NCBI GenBank assembly: GCA_964057225.1
Contig: OZ059895.1
Span: forward strand, 20,956,001-21,020,000
Source of the DNA: Auanema rhodensis
Taxonomy: Eukaryota; Animalia; Nematoda
Direction: 5' to 3'
DNA: 64,000 bases
The notes under the pieces were generated by a model, which saw nothing but the letters and a program-made list of their open reading frames with translations, had not been told where the DNA came from and did no database searches. Positions 13,101 to 26,869 of this stretch are shown piece after piece; positions within the stretch are counted from its first letter, which is position 1; every line of letters starts with the position of its first letter. The translations under genes and the position numbers were made by a program.

Positions 13101-16100
13101 AATTTACGTGAACTTTAATTTATGCTAATTAAGTGTACACATGATGTGCACTTGGTATGTAACTCGCTTCACGTGAAAGATGAAGAGATGCGGTTTTCAA
13201 AATTAGATTCCCCATTTCCATATTAGTCTAAAAACAAATTTTTATTGATATGGGTGCATGGTAACCATGACTTTGAAATTTACGTGAACTTTAATTTATG
13301 CTAATTAAGTGTACACATGATGTGCACTTGGTATGTAACTCGCTTCACGTGAAAGATGAAGAGATGAGGTTTTCAAAATTAGATTCCTCATGTCCATATT
13401 AGTCTAAAAACGAATTTTTATTGATATTGGTGCATGGTAACCATGACTTTGAAATTTACGTGAACTTTAATTTATGCTAATTAAGTGTACACATGATGTG
13501 CGCTTGGTATGTAACTCGCTTCACGTGAAAGATAAAGAGATGCGGTTTTCAAAATTAGATTCCCCATTTCCATATTAGTCTAAAAACAAATTTTTATTGA
13601 TATTGGTGCATGGCAACCATGACTTTAAAATTTACGTGAACTTTAATTTATGCTAATTAAGTGTACACATGATGTGCACTTGGTATGTAACTCGCTTCAC
13701 GTCAAAGATAAAGAGATGCGGTTTTCAAAATTAGATTCCCCATATCCATATTAGTCTAAAAACAAATTTTTATTAATATTGGTGCATGGTAACCATGACT
13801 TTGAAATTTACGTGAACTTTAATTTATGCTAATTAAGTGTACACATGATGTGCACTTGGTATGTAACTCGCTTCACGTGAAAGATGAAGAGATGCGGTTT
13901 TCAAAATTAGATTCCTCATGTCCATATTAGTCTAAAAACAAATTTTTATTAATATTGGTGCATGGTAACCCTGACTTTGAAATTTACGTGAACTTTAATT
14001 TATGCTAATTAAGTGTACACATGATGTGCGCTTGGTATGTAACTCGCTTCACGTGAAAGATAAAGAGATGCGGTTTTCAAAATTAGATTCCCCATTTCCA
14101 TATTAGTCTAAAAACAAATTTTTATTGATATTGGTGCATGGCAACCATGACTTTAAAATTTACGTGAACTTTAATTTATGCTAATTAAGTGTACACATGA
14201 TGTGCACTTGGTATGTAACTCGCTTCACGTGAAAGATGAAGAGATGCGGTTTTCAAAATTAGATTCCTCATGTCCATATTAGTCTAAAAACGAATTTTTA
14301 TTGATATTGGTGCATGGTAACCATGACTTTGAAATTTACGTGAACTTTAATTTATGCTAATTAAGTGTACACATGATGTGCACTTGGTATGTAACTCGCT
14401 TCACGTGAAAGATGAAGAGATGCGGTTTTCAAAATTAGATTCCCCATTTCCATATTAGTCTAAAAACAAATTTTTATTGATATGGGTGCATGGTAACCAT
14501 GACTTTGAAATTTACGTGAACTTTAATTTATGCTAATTAAGTGTACACATGATGTGCGCTTGGTATGTAACTCGCTTCACGTGAAAGATAAAGAGATGCG
14601 GTTTTCAAAATTAGATTCCCCATTTCCATGTTAGTCTAAAAACAAATTTTTATTGATATTGGTGCATGGTAACCATGACTTTGAAATTTACGTGAACTTT
14701 AATTTATGCTAATTAAGTGTACACATGATGTGCACTTGGTATGTAACTCGCTTCACGTCAAAGATAAAGAGATGCGGTTTTCAAAATTAGATTCCCCATG
14801 TCCATATTAGTCTAAAAACGAATTTTTATCGATATTGGTGCATGGTAACCATGACTTTGAAATTTACGTGAACTTTAATTTATGCTAATTAAGTGTACAC
14901 ATGATGTGCACTTGGTATGTAACTCGCTTCACGTGAAAGATAAAGAGATGCGGTTTTCAAAATTAGATTCCCCATTTCCATGTTAGTCTAAAAACAAATT
15001 TTTATTGATATTGGTGCATGGTAACCATGACTTTGAAATTTACGTGAACTTTAATTTATGCTAATTAAGTGTACACATGATGTGCGCTTGGTATGTAACT
15101 CGCTTCACGTGAAAGATAAAGAGATGCGGTTTTCAAAATTAGATTCCCCATTTCCATATTAGTCTAAAAACAAATTTTTATTGATATTGGTGCATGGCAA
15201 CCATGACTTTAAAATTTACGTGAACTTTAATTTATGCTAATTAAGTGTACACATGATGTGCACTTGGTATGTAACTCGCTTCACGTCAAAGATAAAGAGA
15301 TGCGGTTTTCAAAATTAGATTCCTCATGTCCATATTAGTCTAAAAACGAATTTTTATTGATATTGGTGCATGGTAACCATGACTTTGAAATTTACGTGAA
15401 CTTTAATTTATGCTTATTAAGTGTACACGTGATGTGCGCTTGGTATGTAACTCGCTTCACGTGAAAGATAAAGAGATGCGGTTTTCAAAATTAGATTCCC
15501 CATTTCCAAATTAGTCTAAAAACAAATTTTTATTGATATTGGTGCATGGCAACCATGACTTTAAAATTTACGTGAACTTTAATTTATGCTAATTAAGTGT
15601 ACACATGATGTGCACTTGGTATGTAACTCGCTTCACGTCAAAGATAAAGAGATGCGGTTTTCAAAATTAGATTCCCCATGTCCATATTAGTCTAAAAACA
15701 AATTTTTATTAATATTGGTGCATGGTAACCATGACTTTGAAATTTACGTGAACTTTAATTTATGCTAATTAAGTGTACACATGATGTGCACTTGGTATGT
15801 AACTCGCTTCACGTCAAAGATAAAGAGATGCGGTTTTCAAAATTAGATTCCTCATGTCCATATTAGTCTAAAAACGAATTTTTATTGATATTGGTGCATG
15901 GTAACCATGACTTTGAAATTTACGTGAACTTTAATTTATGCTTATTAAGTGTACACGTGATGTGCGCTTGGTATGTAACTCGCTTCACGTGAAAGATAAA
16001 GAGATGCGGTTTTCAAAATTAGATTCCCCATTTCCATATTAGTCTAAAAACAAATTTTTATTGATATTGGTGCATGGCAACCATGACTTTAAAATTTACG

Positions 16101-19100
16101 TGAACTTTAATTTATGCTAATTAAGTGTACACATGATGTGCACTTGGTATGTAACTCGCTTCACGTCAAAGATAAAGAGATGCGGTTTTCAAAATTAGAT
16201 TCCCCATGTCCATATTAGTCTAAAAACAAATTTTTATTAATATTGGTGCATGGTAACCATGACTTTGAAATTTACGTGAACTTTAATTTATGCTAATTAA
16301 GTGTACACATGATGTGCACTTGGTATGTAACTCGCTTCACGTGAAAGATGAAGAGATGCGGTTTTCAAAATTAGATTCCTCATGTCCATATTAGTCTAAA
16401 AACGAATTTTTATCGATATTGGTGCATGGTAACCATGACTTTGAAATTTACGTGAACTTTAATTTATGCTAATTAAGTGTACACATGATGTGCGCTTGGT
16501 ATGTAACTCGCTTCACGTGAAAGATAAAGAGATGCGGTTTTCAAAATTAGATTCCCCATTTCCATATTAGTCTAAAAACAAATTTTTATTGATATTGGTG
16601 CATGGCAACCATGACTTTAAAATTTACGTGAACTTTAATTTATGCTAATTAAGTGTACACATGATGTGCACTTGGTATGTAACTCGCTTCACGTGAAAGA
16701 TGAAGAGATGCGGTTTTCAAAATTAGATTCCTCATGTCCATATTAGTCTAAAAACGAATTTTTATTGATATTGGTGCATGGTAACCATGACTTTGAAATT
16801 TACGTGAACTTTAATTTATGCTAATTAAGTGTACACATGATGTGCACTTGGTATGTAACTCGCTTCACGTGAAAGATGAAGAGATGCGGTTTTCAAAATT
16901 AGATTCCCCATTTCCATATTAGTCTAAAAACAAATTTTTATTGATATGGGTGCATGGTAACCATGACTTTGAAATTTACGTGAACTTTAATTTATGCTAA
17001 TTAAGTGTACACATGATGTGCGCTTGGTATGTAACTCGCTTCACGTGAAAGATAAAGAGATGCGGTTTTCAAAATTAGATTCCCCATTTCCATGTTAGTC
17101 TAAAAACAAATTTTTATTGATATTGGTGCATGGTAACCATGACTTTGAAATTTACGTGAACTTTAATTTATGCTAATTAAGTGTACACATGATGTGCACT
17201 TGGTATGTAACTCGCTTCACGTCAAAGATAAAGAGATGCGGTTTTCAAAATTAGATTCCCCATGTCCATATTAGTCTAAAAACAAATTTTTATTAATATT
17301 GGTGCATGGTAACCATGACTTTGAAATTTACGTGAACTTTAATTTATGCTAATTAAGTGTACACATGATGTGCACTTGGTATGTAACTCGCTTCACGTGA
17401 AAGATGAAGAGATGCGGTTTTCAAAATTAGATTCCTCATGTCCATATTAGTCTAAAAACGAATTTTTATCGATATTGGTGCATTGTAACCATGACTTTGA
17501 AATTTACGTGAACTTTAATTTATGCTAATTAAGTGTACACATGATGTGCACTTGGTATGTAACTCGCTTCACGTGAAAGATAAAGAGATGCGGTTTTCAA
17601 AATTAGATTCCCCATTTCCATGTTAGTCTAAAAACAAATTTTTATTGATATTGGTGCATGGTAACCATGACTTTGAAATTTACGTGAACTTTAATTTATG
17701 CTAATTAAGTGTACACATGATGTGCGCTTGGTATGTAACTCGCTTCACGTGAAAGATAAAGAGATGCGGTTTTCAAAATTAGATTCCCCATTTCCATATT
17801 AGTCTAAAAACAAATTTTTATTGATATTGGTGCATGGCAACCATGACTTTAAAATTTACGTGAACTTTAATTTATGCTAATTAAGTGTACACATGATGTG
17901 CACTTGGTATGTAACTCGCTTCACGTCAAAGATAAAGAGATGCGGTTTTCAAAATTAGATTCCCCATGTCCATATTAGTCTAAAAACAAATTTTTATTGA
18001 TATTGGTGCATGGTAACCATGACTTTGAAATTTACGTGAACTTTAATTTATGCTAATTAAGTGTACACATGATGTGCACTTGGTATGTAACTCGCTTCAC
18101 GTCAAAGATAAAGAGATGCGGTTTTCAAAATTAGATTCCCCATGTCCATATTAGTCTAAAAACAAATTTTTATTAATATTGGTGCATGGTAACCATGACT
18201 TTGAAATTTACGTGAACTTTAATTTATGCTAATTAAGTGTACACATGATGTGCACTTGGTATGTAACTCGCTTCACGTGAAAGATGAAGAGATGCGGTTT
18301 TCAAAATTAGATTCCTCATGTCCATATTAGTCTAAAAACGAATTTTTATCGATATTGGTGCATGGTAACCATGACTTTGAAATTTACGTGAACTTTAATT
18401 TATGCTAATTAAGTGTACACATGATGTGCACTTGGTATGTAACTCGCTTCACGTGAAAGATAAAGAGATGCGGTTTTCAAAATTAGATTCCCCATTTCCA
18501 TGTTAGTCTAAAAACAAATTTTTATTGATATTGGTGCATGGTAACCATGACTTTGAAATTTACGTGAACTTTAATTTATGCTAATTAAGTGTACACATGA
18601 TGTGCGCTTGGTATGTAACTCGCTTCACGTGAAAGATAAAGAGATGCGGTTTTCAAAATTAGATTCCCCATTTCCATATTAGTCTAAAAACAAATTTTTA
18701 TTGATATTGGTGCATGGCAACCATGACTTTAAAATTTACGTGAACTTTAATTTATGCTAATTAAGTGTACACATGATGTGCACTTGGTATGTAACTCGCT
18801 TCACGTCAAAGATAAAGAGATGCGGTTTTCAAAATTAGATTCCCCATGTCCATATTAGTCTAAAAACAAATTTTTATTAATATTGGTGCATGGTAACCAT
18901 GACTTTGAAATTTACGTGAACTTTAATTTATGCTAATTAAGTGTACACATGATGTGCACTTGGTATGTAACTCGCTTCACGTCAAAGATAAAGAGATGCG
19001 GTTTTCAAAATTAGATTCCCCATGTCCATATTAGTCTAAAAACAAATTTTTATTAATATTGGTGCATGGTAACCATGACTTTGAAATTTACGTGAACTTT

Positions 19101-19714
19101 AATTTATGCTAATTAAGTGTACACATGATGTGAACTTGGTATGTAACTCGCTTCACGTGAAAGATGAAGAGATGCAGTTTTCAAAATTAGATTCCTCATG
19201 TCCATATTAGTCTAAAAACGAATTTTTATCGATATTGGTGCATGGTAACCATGACTTTGAAATTTACGTGAACTTTAATTTATGCTAATTAAGTGTACAC
19301 ATGATGTGCACTTGGTATGTAACTCGCTTCACGTGAAAGATGAAGAGATGCGGTTTTCAAAATTAGATTCCTCATGTCCATATTAGTCTAAAAACGAATT
19401 TTTATCGATATTGGTGCATGGTAACCATGACTTTGAAATTTACGTGAACTTTAATTTATGCTAATTAAGTGTACACATGATGTGCACTTGGTATGTAACT
19501 CGCTTCACGTGAAAGATAAAGAGATGCGGTTTTCAAAATTAGATTCCCCATTTCCATGTTAGTCTAAAAACAAATTTTTATTGATATTGGTACATGGTAA
19601 CCATGACTTTGAAATTTACGTGAACTTTAATTTATGCTAATTAAGTGTACACATGATGTGCGCTTGGTATGTAACTCGCTTCACGTGAAAGATAAAGAGA
19701 TGCGGTTTTCAAAA

Positions 19715-21950
19715 TTAGATTCCCCATTTCCATATTAGTCTAAAAACAAATTTTTATTGATATTGGTGCATGGCAACCACGACTTTAAAATTTACGTGAA
19801 CTTTAATTTATGCTAATTAAGTGTACACATGATGTGCACTTGGTATGTAACTCGCTTCACGTGAAAGATGAAGAGATGCGGTTTTCAAAATTAGATTCCT
19901 CATGTCCATATTAGTCTAAAAACGAATTTTTATCGATATTGGTGCATGGTAACCATGACTTTGAAATTTACGTGAACTTTAATTTATGCTAATTAAGTGT
20001 ACACATGATGTGCACTTGGTATGTAACTCGCTTCACGTGAAAGATGAAGAGATGCGGTTTTCAAAATTAGATTCCCCATTTCCATATTAGTCTAAAAACA
20101 AATTTTTATTGATATTGGTGCATGGCAACCACGACTTTAAAATTTACGTGAACTTTAATTTATGCTAATTAAGTGTACACATGATGTGCACTTGGTATGT
20201 AACTCGCTTCACGTGAAAGATAAAGAGATGCGGTTTTCAAAATTAGATTCCCCATTTCCATATTAGTCTAAAAACAAATTTTTATTGATATTGGTGCATG
20301 GCAACCACGACTTTAAAATTTACGTGAACTTTAATTTATGCTAATTAAGTGTACACATGATGTGCACTTGGTATGTAACTCGCTTCACGTGAAAGATAAA
20401 GAGATGCGGTTTTCAAAATTAGATTCCCCATTTCCATATTAGTCTAAAAACAAATTTTTATTGATATTGGTGCATGGCAACCACGACTTTAAAATTTACG
20501 TGAACTTTAATTTATGCTAATTAAGTGTACACATGATGTGCACTTGGTATGTAACTCGCTTCACGTGAAAGATGAAGAGATGCGGTTTTCAAAATTAGAT
20601 TCCTCATGTCCATATTAGTCTAAAAACGAATTTTTATCGATATTGGTGCATGGTAACCATGACTTTGAAATTTACGTGAACTTTAATTTATGCTAATTAA
20701 GTGTACACATGATGTGCACTTGGTATGTAACTCGCTTCACGTGAAAGATGAAGAGATGCGGTTTTCAAAATTAGATTCCCCATTTCCATATTAGTCTAAA
20801 AACAAATTTTTATTGATATTGGTGCATGGCAACCACGACTTTAAAATTTACGTGAACTTTAATTTATGCTAATTAAGTGTACACATGATGTGCACTTGGT
20901 ATGTAACTCGCTTCACGTGAAAGATAAAGAGATGCGGTTTTCAAAATTAGATTCCCCATTTCCATATTAGTCTAAAAACAAATTTTTATTGATATTGGTG
21001 CATGGCAACCACGACTTTAAAATTTACGTGAACTTTAATTTATGCTAATTAAGTGTACACATGATGTGCACTTGGTATGTAACTCGCTTCACGTGAAAGA
21101 TAAAGAGATGCGGTTTTCAAAATTAGATTCCCCATTTCCATATTAGTCTAAAAACAAATTTTTATTGATATTGGTGCATGGCAACCACGACTTTAAAATT
21201 TACGTGAACTTTAATTTATGCTAATTAAGTGTACACATGATGTGCACTTGGTATGTAACTCGCTTCACGTGAAAGATGAAGAGATGCGGTTTTCAAAATT
21301 AGATTCCTCATGTCCATATTAGTCTAAAAACGAATTTTTATCGATATTGGTGCATGGTAACCATGACTTTGAAATTTACGTGAACTTTAATTTATGCTAA
21401 TTAAGTGTACACATGATGTGCACTTGGTATGTAACTCGCTTCACGTGAAAGATGAAGAGATGCGGTTTTCAAAATTAGATTCCCCATTTCCATATTAGTC
21501 TAAAAACAAATTTTTATTGATATTGGTGCATGGCAACCACGACTTTAAAATTTACGTGAACTTTAATTTATGCTAATTAAGTGTACACATGATGTGCACT
21601 TGGTATGTAACTCGCTTCACGTGAAAGATAAAGAGATGCGGTTTTCAAAATTAGATTCCCCATTTCCATATTAGTCTAAAAACAAATTTTTATTGATATT
21701 GGTGCATGGCAACCACGACTTTAAAATTTACGTGAACTTTAATTTATGCTAATTAAGTGTACACATGATGTGCACTTGGTATGTAACTCGCTTCACGTGA
21801 AAGATAAAGAGATGCGGTTTTCAAAATTAGATTCCCCATTTCCATATTAGTCTAAAAACAAATTTTTATTGATATTGGTGCATGGCAACCACGACTTTAA
21901 AATTTACGTGAACTTTAATTTATGCTAATTAAGTGTACACATGATGTGCA
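19715..21950. repeat. 4-monomer (704 bp) higher-order repeat, about 3 copies, marked by the private GGCAACCAC variant
   Basis: Variant C at 19780, 20132, 20308, 20484, 20836, 21012, 21188, 21540, 21716, 21892. The spacing pattern 352/176/176 repeats three times. Confidence 0.92.
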
Positions 21951-24149
21951 CTTGGTATGTAACTCGCTTCACGTCAAAGATAAAGAGATGCGGTTTTCAA
22001 AATTAGATTCCCCATGTCCATATTAGTCTAAAAACAAATTTTTATTGATATTGGTGCATGGTAACCATGACTTTGAAATTTACGTGAACTTTAATTTATG
22101 CTAATTAAGTGTACACATGATGTGCACTTGGTATGTAACTCGCTTCACGTCAAAGATAAAGAGATGCGGTTTTCAAAATTAGATTCCTCATGTCCATATT
22201 AGTCTAAAAACGAATTTTTATCGATATTGGTGCATGGTAACCATGACTTTGAAATTTACGTGAACTTTAATTTATGCTAATTAAGTGTACACATGATGTG
22301 CACTTGGTATGTAACTCGCTTCACGTGAAAGATAAAGAGATGCGGTTTTCAAAATTAGATTCCCCATTTCCATGTTAGTCTAAAAACAAATTTTTATTGA
22401 TATTGGTGCATGGTAACCATGACTTTGAAATTTACGTGAACTTTAATTTATGCTAATTAAGTGTACACATGATGTGCGCTTGGTATGTAACTCGCTTCAC
22501 GTGAAAGATAAAGAGATGCGGTTTTCAAAATTAGATTCCCCATTTCCATATTAGTCTAAAAACAAATTTTTATTGATATTGGTGCATGGCAACCATGACT
22601 TTAAAATTTACGTGAACTTTAATTTATGCTAATTAAGTGTACACATGATGTGCACTTGGTATGTAACTCGCTTCACGTCAAAGATAAAGAGATGCGGTTT
22701 TCAAAATTAGATTCCCCATGTCCATATTAGTCTAAAAACAAATTTTTATTGATATTGGTGCATGGTAACCATGACTTTGAAATTTACGTGAACTTTAATT
22801 TATGCTAATTAAGTGTACACATGATGTGCACTTGGTATGTAACTCGCTTCACGTCAAAGATAAAGAGATGCGGTTTTCAAAATTAGATTCCCCATGTCCA
22901 TATTAGTCTAAAAACAAATTTTTATTAATATTGGTGCATGGTAACCATGACTTTGAAATTTACGTGAACTTTAATTTATGCTAATTAAGTGTACACATGA
23001 TGTGCACTTGGTATGTAACTCGCTTCACGTGTAAGATGAAGAGATGCGGTTTTCAAAATTAGATTCCTCATGTCCATATTAGTCTAAAAACGAATTTTTA
23101 TCGATATTGGTGCATGGTAACCATGACTTTGAAATTTACGTGAACTTTAATTTATGCTAATTAAGTGTACACATGATGTGCACTTGGTATGTAACTCGCT
23201 TCACGTGAAAGATGAAGAGATGCGGTTTTCAAAATTAGATTCCTCATGTCCATATTAGTCTAAAAACGAATTTTTATCGATATTGGTGCATGGTAACCAT
23301 GACTTTGAAATTTACGTGAACTTTAATTTATGCTAATTAAGTGTACACATGATGTGCACTTGGTATGTAACTCGCTTCACGTGAAAGATAAAGAGATGCG
23401 GTTTTCAAAATTAGATTCCCCATTTCCATGTTAGTCTAAAAACAAATTTTTATTGATATTGGTGCATGGTAACCATGACTTTGAAATTTACGTGAACTTT
23501 AATTTATGCTAATTAAGTGTACACATGATGTGCGCTTGGTATGTAACTCGCTTCACGTGAAAGATAAAGAGATGCGGTTTTCAAAATTAGATTCCCCATT
23601 TCCATATTAGTCTAAAAACAAATTTTTATTGATATTGGTGCATGGCAACGATGACTTTAAAATTTACGTGAACTTTAATTTATGCTAATTAAGTGTACAC
23701 ATGATGTGCACTTGGTATGTAACTCGCTTCACGTCAAAGATAAAGAGATGCGGTTTTCAAAATTAGATTCCCCATGTCCATATTAGTCTAAAAACAAATT
23801 TTTATTAATATTGGTGCATGGTAACCATGACTTTGAAATTTACGTGAACTTTAATTTATGCTAATTAAGTGTACACATGATGTGCACTTGGTATGTAACT
23901 CGCTTCACGTCAAAGATAAAGAGATGCGGTTTTCAAAATTAGATTCCCCATGTCCATATTAGTCTAAAAACAAATTTTTATTAATATTGGTGCATGGTAA
24001 CCATGACTTTGAAATTTACGTGAACTTTAATTTATGCTAATTAAGTGTACACATGATGTGAACTTGGTATGTAACTCGCTTCACGTGAAAGATGAAGAGA
24101 TGCGGTTTTCAAAATTAGATTCCTCATGTCCATATTAGTCTAAAAACGA

Positions 24150-25850
24150 ATTTTTATCGATATTGGTGCATGGTAACCATGACTTTGAAATTTACGTGAA
24201 CTTTAATTTATGCTAATTAAGTGTACACATGATGTGCGCTTGGTATGTAACTCGCTTCACGTGAAAGATAAAGAGATGCGGTTTTCAAAATTAGATTCAT
24301 CATTTCCATATTAGTCTAAAAACAAATTTTTATTGATATTGGTGCATGGCAACCATGACTTTAAAATTTACGTGAACTTTAATTTATGCTAATTAAGTGT
24401 ACACATGATGTGCACTTGGTATGTAACTCGCTTCACGTCAAAGATAAAGAGATGCGGTTTTCAAAATTAGATTCCCCATGTCCATATTAGTCTAAAAACA
24501 AATTTTTATTAATATTGGTGCATGGTAACCATGACTTTGAAATTTACGTGAACTTTAATTTATGCTAATTAAGTGTACACATGATGTGCACTTGGTATGT
24601 AACTCGCTTCACGTGAAAGATGAAGAGATGCGGTTTTCAAAATTAGATTCCTCATGTCCATATTAGTCTAAAAACGAATTTTTATTGATATTGGTGCATG
24701 GTAACCATGACTTTGAAATTTACGTGAACTTTAATTTATGCTAATTAAGTGTACACATGATGTGCACTTGGTATGTAACTCGCTTCACGTGAAAGATGAA
24801 GAGATGCGGTTTTCAAAATTAGATTCCTCATGTCCATATTAGTCCAAAAACGAATTTTTATTGATATTGGTGCATGGTAACCATGACTTTGAAATTTACG
24901 TGAACTTTAATTTATGCTTATTAAGTGTACACGTGATGTGCACTTGGTATGTAACTCGCTTCACGTGAAAGATGAAGAGATGCGGTTTTCAAAATTAGAT
25001 TCCTCATGTCCATATTAGTCTAAAAACGAATTTTTATCGATATTGGTGCATGGTAACCATGACTTTGAAATTTACGTGAACTTTAATTTATGCTAATTAA
25101 GTGTACACATGATGTGCGCTTGGTATGTAACTCGCTTCACGTGAAAGATGAAGAGATGCGGTTTTCAAAATTAGATTCATCATTTCCATATTAGTCTAAA
25201 AACAAATTTTTATTGATATTGGTGCATGGCAACCATGACTTTAAAATTTACGTGAACTTTAATTTATGCTAATTAAGTGTACACATGATGTGCACTTGGT
25301 ATGTAACTCGCTTCACGTCAAAGATAAAGAGATGCGGTTTTCAAAATTAGATTCCCCATGTCCATATTAGTCTAAAAACAAATTTTTATTAATATTGGTG
25401 CATGGTAACCATGACTTTGAAATTTACGTGAACTTTAATTTATGCTAATTAAGTGTACACATGATGTGCACTTGGTATGTAACTCGCTTCACGTGAAAGA
25501 TGAAGAGATGCGGTTTTCAAAATTAGATTCCTCATGTCCATATTAGTCTAAAAACGAATTTTTATTGATATTGGTGCATGGTAACCATGACTTTGAAATT
25601 TACGTGAACTTTAATTTATGCTAATTAAGTGTACACATGATGTGCACTTGGTATGTAACTCGCTTCACGTGAAAGATGAAGAGATGCGGTTTTCAAAATT
25701 AGATTCCTCATGTCCATATTAGTCCAAAAACGAATTTTTATTGATATTGGTGCATGGTAACCATGACTTTGAAATTTACGTGAACTTTAATTTATGCTTA
25801 TTAAGTGTACACGTGATGTGCACTTGGTATGTAACTCGCTTCACGTGAAA
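24150..25850. repeat. 5-monomer (880 bp) tandem duplication
   Basis: GATTCATCAT variant at 24299 and 25179; AGTCCAAAAA variant at 24845 and 25725. Both offsets are 880 bp. Boundaries are approximate. Confidence 0.85.
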
Positions 25851-26869
25851 GATAAAGGGATGCGGTTTTCAAAATTAGATTCCCCATGTCCATATTAGTC
25901 TAAAAACAAATTTTTATTGATATTGGTGCATGGTAACCATGACTTTGAAATTTACGTGAACTTTAATTTATGCTAATTAAGTGTACACATGATGTGCTCT
26001 TGGTATGTAACTCGCTTCACGTGAAAGATGAAGAGATGCGGTTTTCAAAATTAGATTCCCCATTTCCATGTTAGTCTAAAAACAAATTTTTATTGATATT
26101 GGTGCATGGCAACCATGACTTTAAAATTTACGTGAACTTTAATTTATGCTAATTAAGTGTACACATGATGTGCACTTGGTATGTAACTCGCTTCACGTCA
26201 AAGATAAAGAGATGCGGTTTTCAAAATTAGATTCCCCATGTCCATATTAGTCTAAAAACAATTTTTTATTAATATTGGTGCATGGTAACCATGACTTTGA
26301 AATTTACGTGAACTTTAATTTATGCTAATTAAGTGTACACATGATGTGCACTTGGTATGTAACTCGCTTCACGTGAAAGATGAAGAGATGCGGTTTTCAA
26401 AATTAGATTCCTCATGTCCATATTAGTCTGAAAACAAATTTTTGTTGATATTGGTGCATGGCAACCATGACTTTAAAATTTACGTGAACTTTAATTTATG
26501 CTAATTAAGTGTACACATGATGTGCACTTGGTATGTAACTCGCTTCACGTCAAAGATAAAGAGATGCGGTTTTCAAAATTAGATTCCCCATGTCCATATT
26601 AGTCTAAAAACAATTTTTTATTAATATTGGTGCATGGTAACCATGACTTTGAAATTTACGTGAACTTTAATTTATGCTAATTAAGTGTACACATGATGTG
26701 CGCTTGGTATGTAACTCGCTTCACGTGAAAGATAAAGAGATGCGGTTTTCAAAATTAGATTCCCCATTTCCATATTAGTCTGAAAACAAATTTTTGTTGA
26801 TATTGGTGCATGGCAACCATGACTTTAAAATTTACGTGAACTTTAATTTATGCTAATTAAGTGTACACA

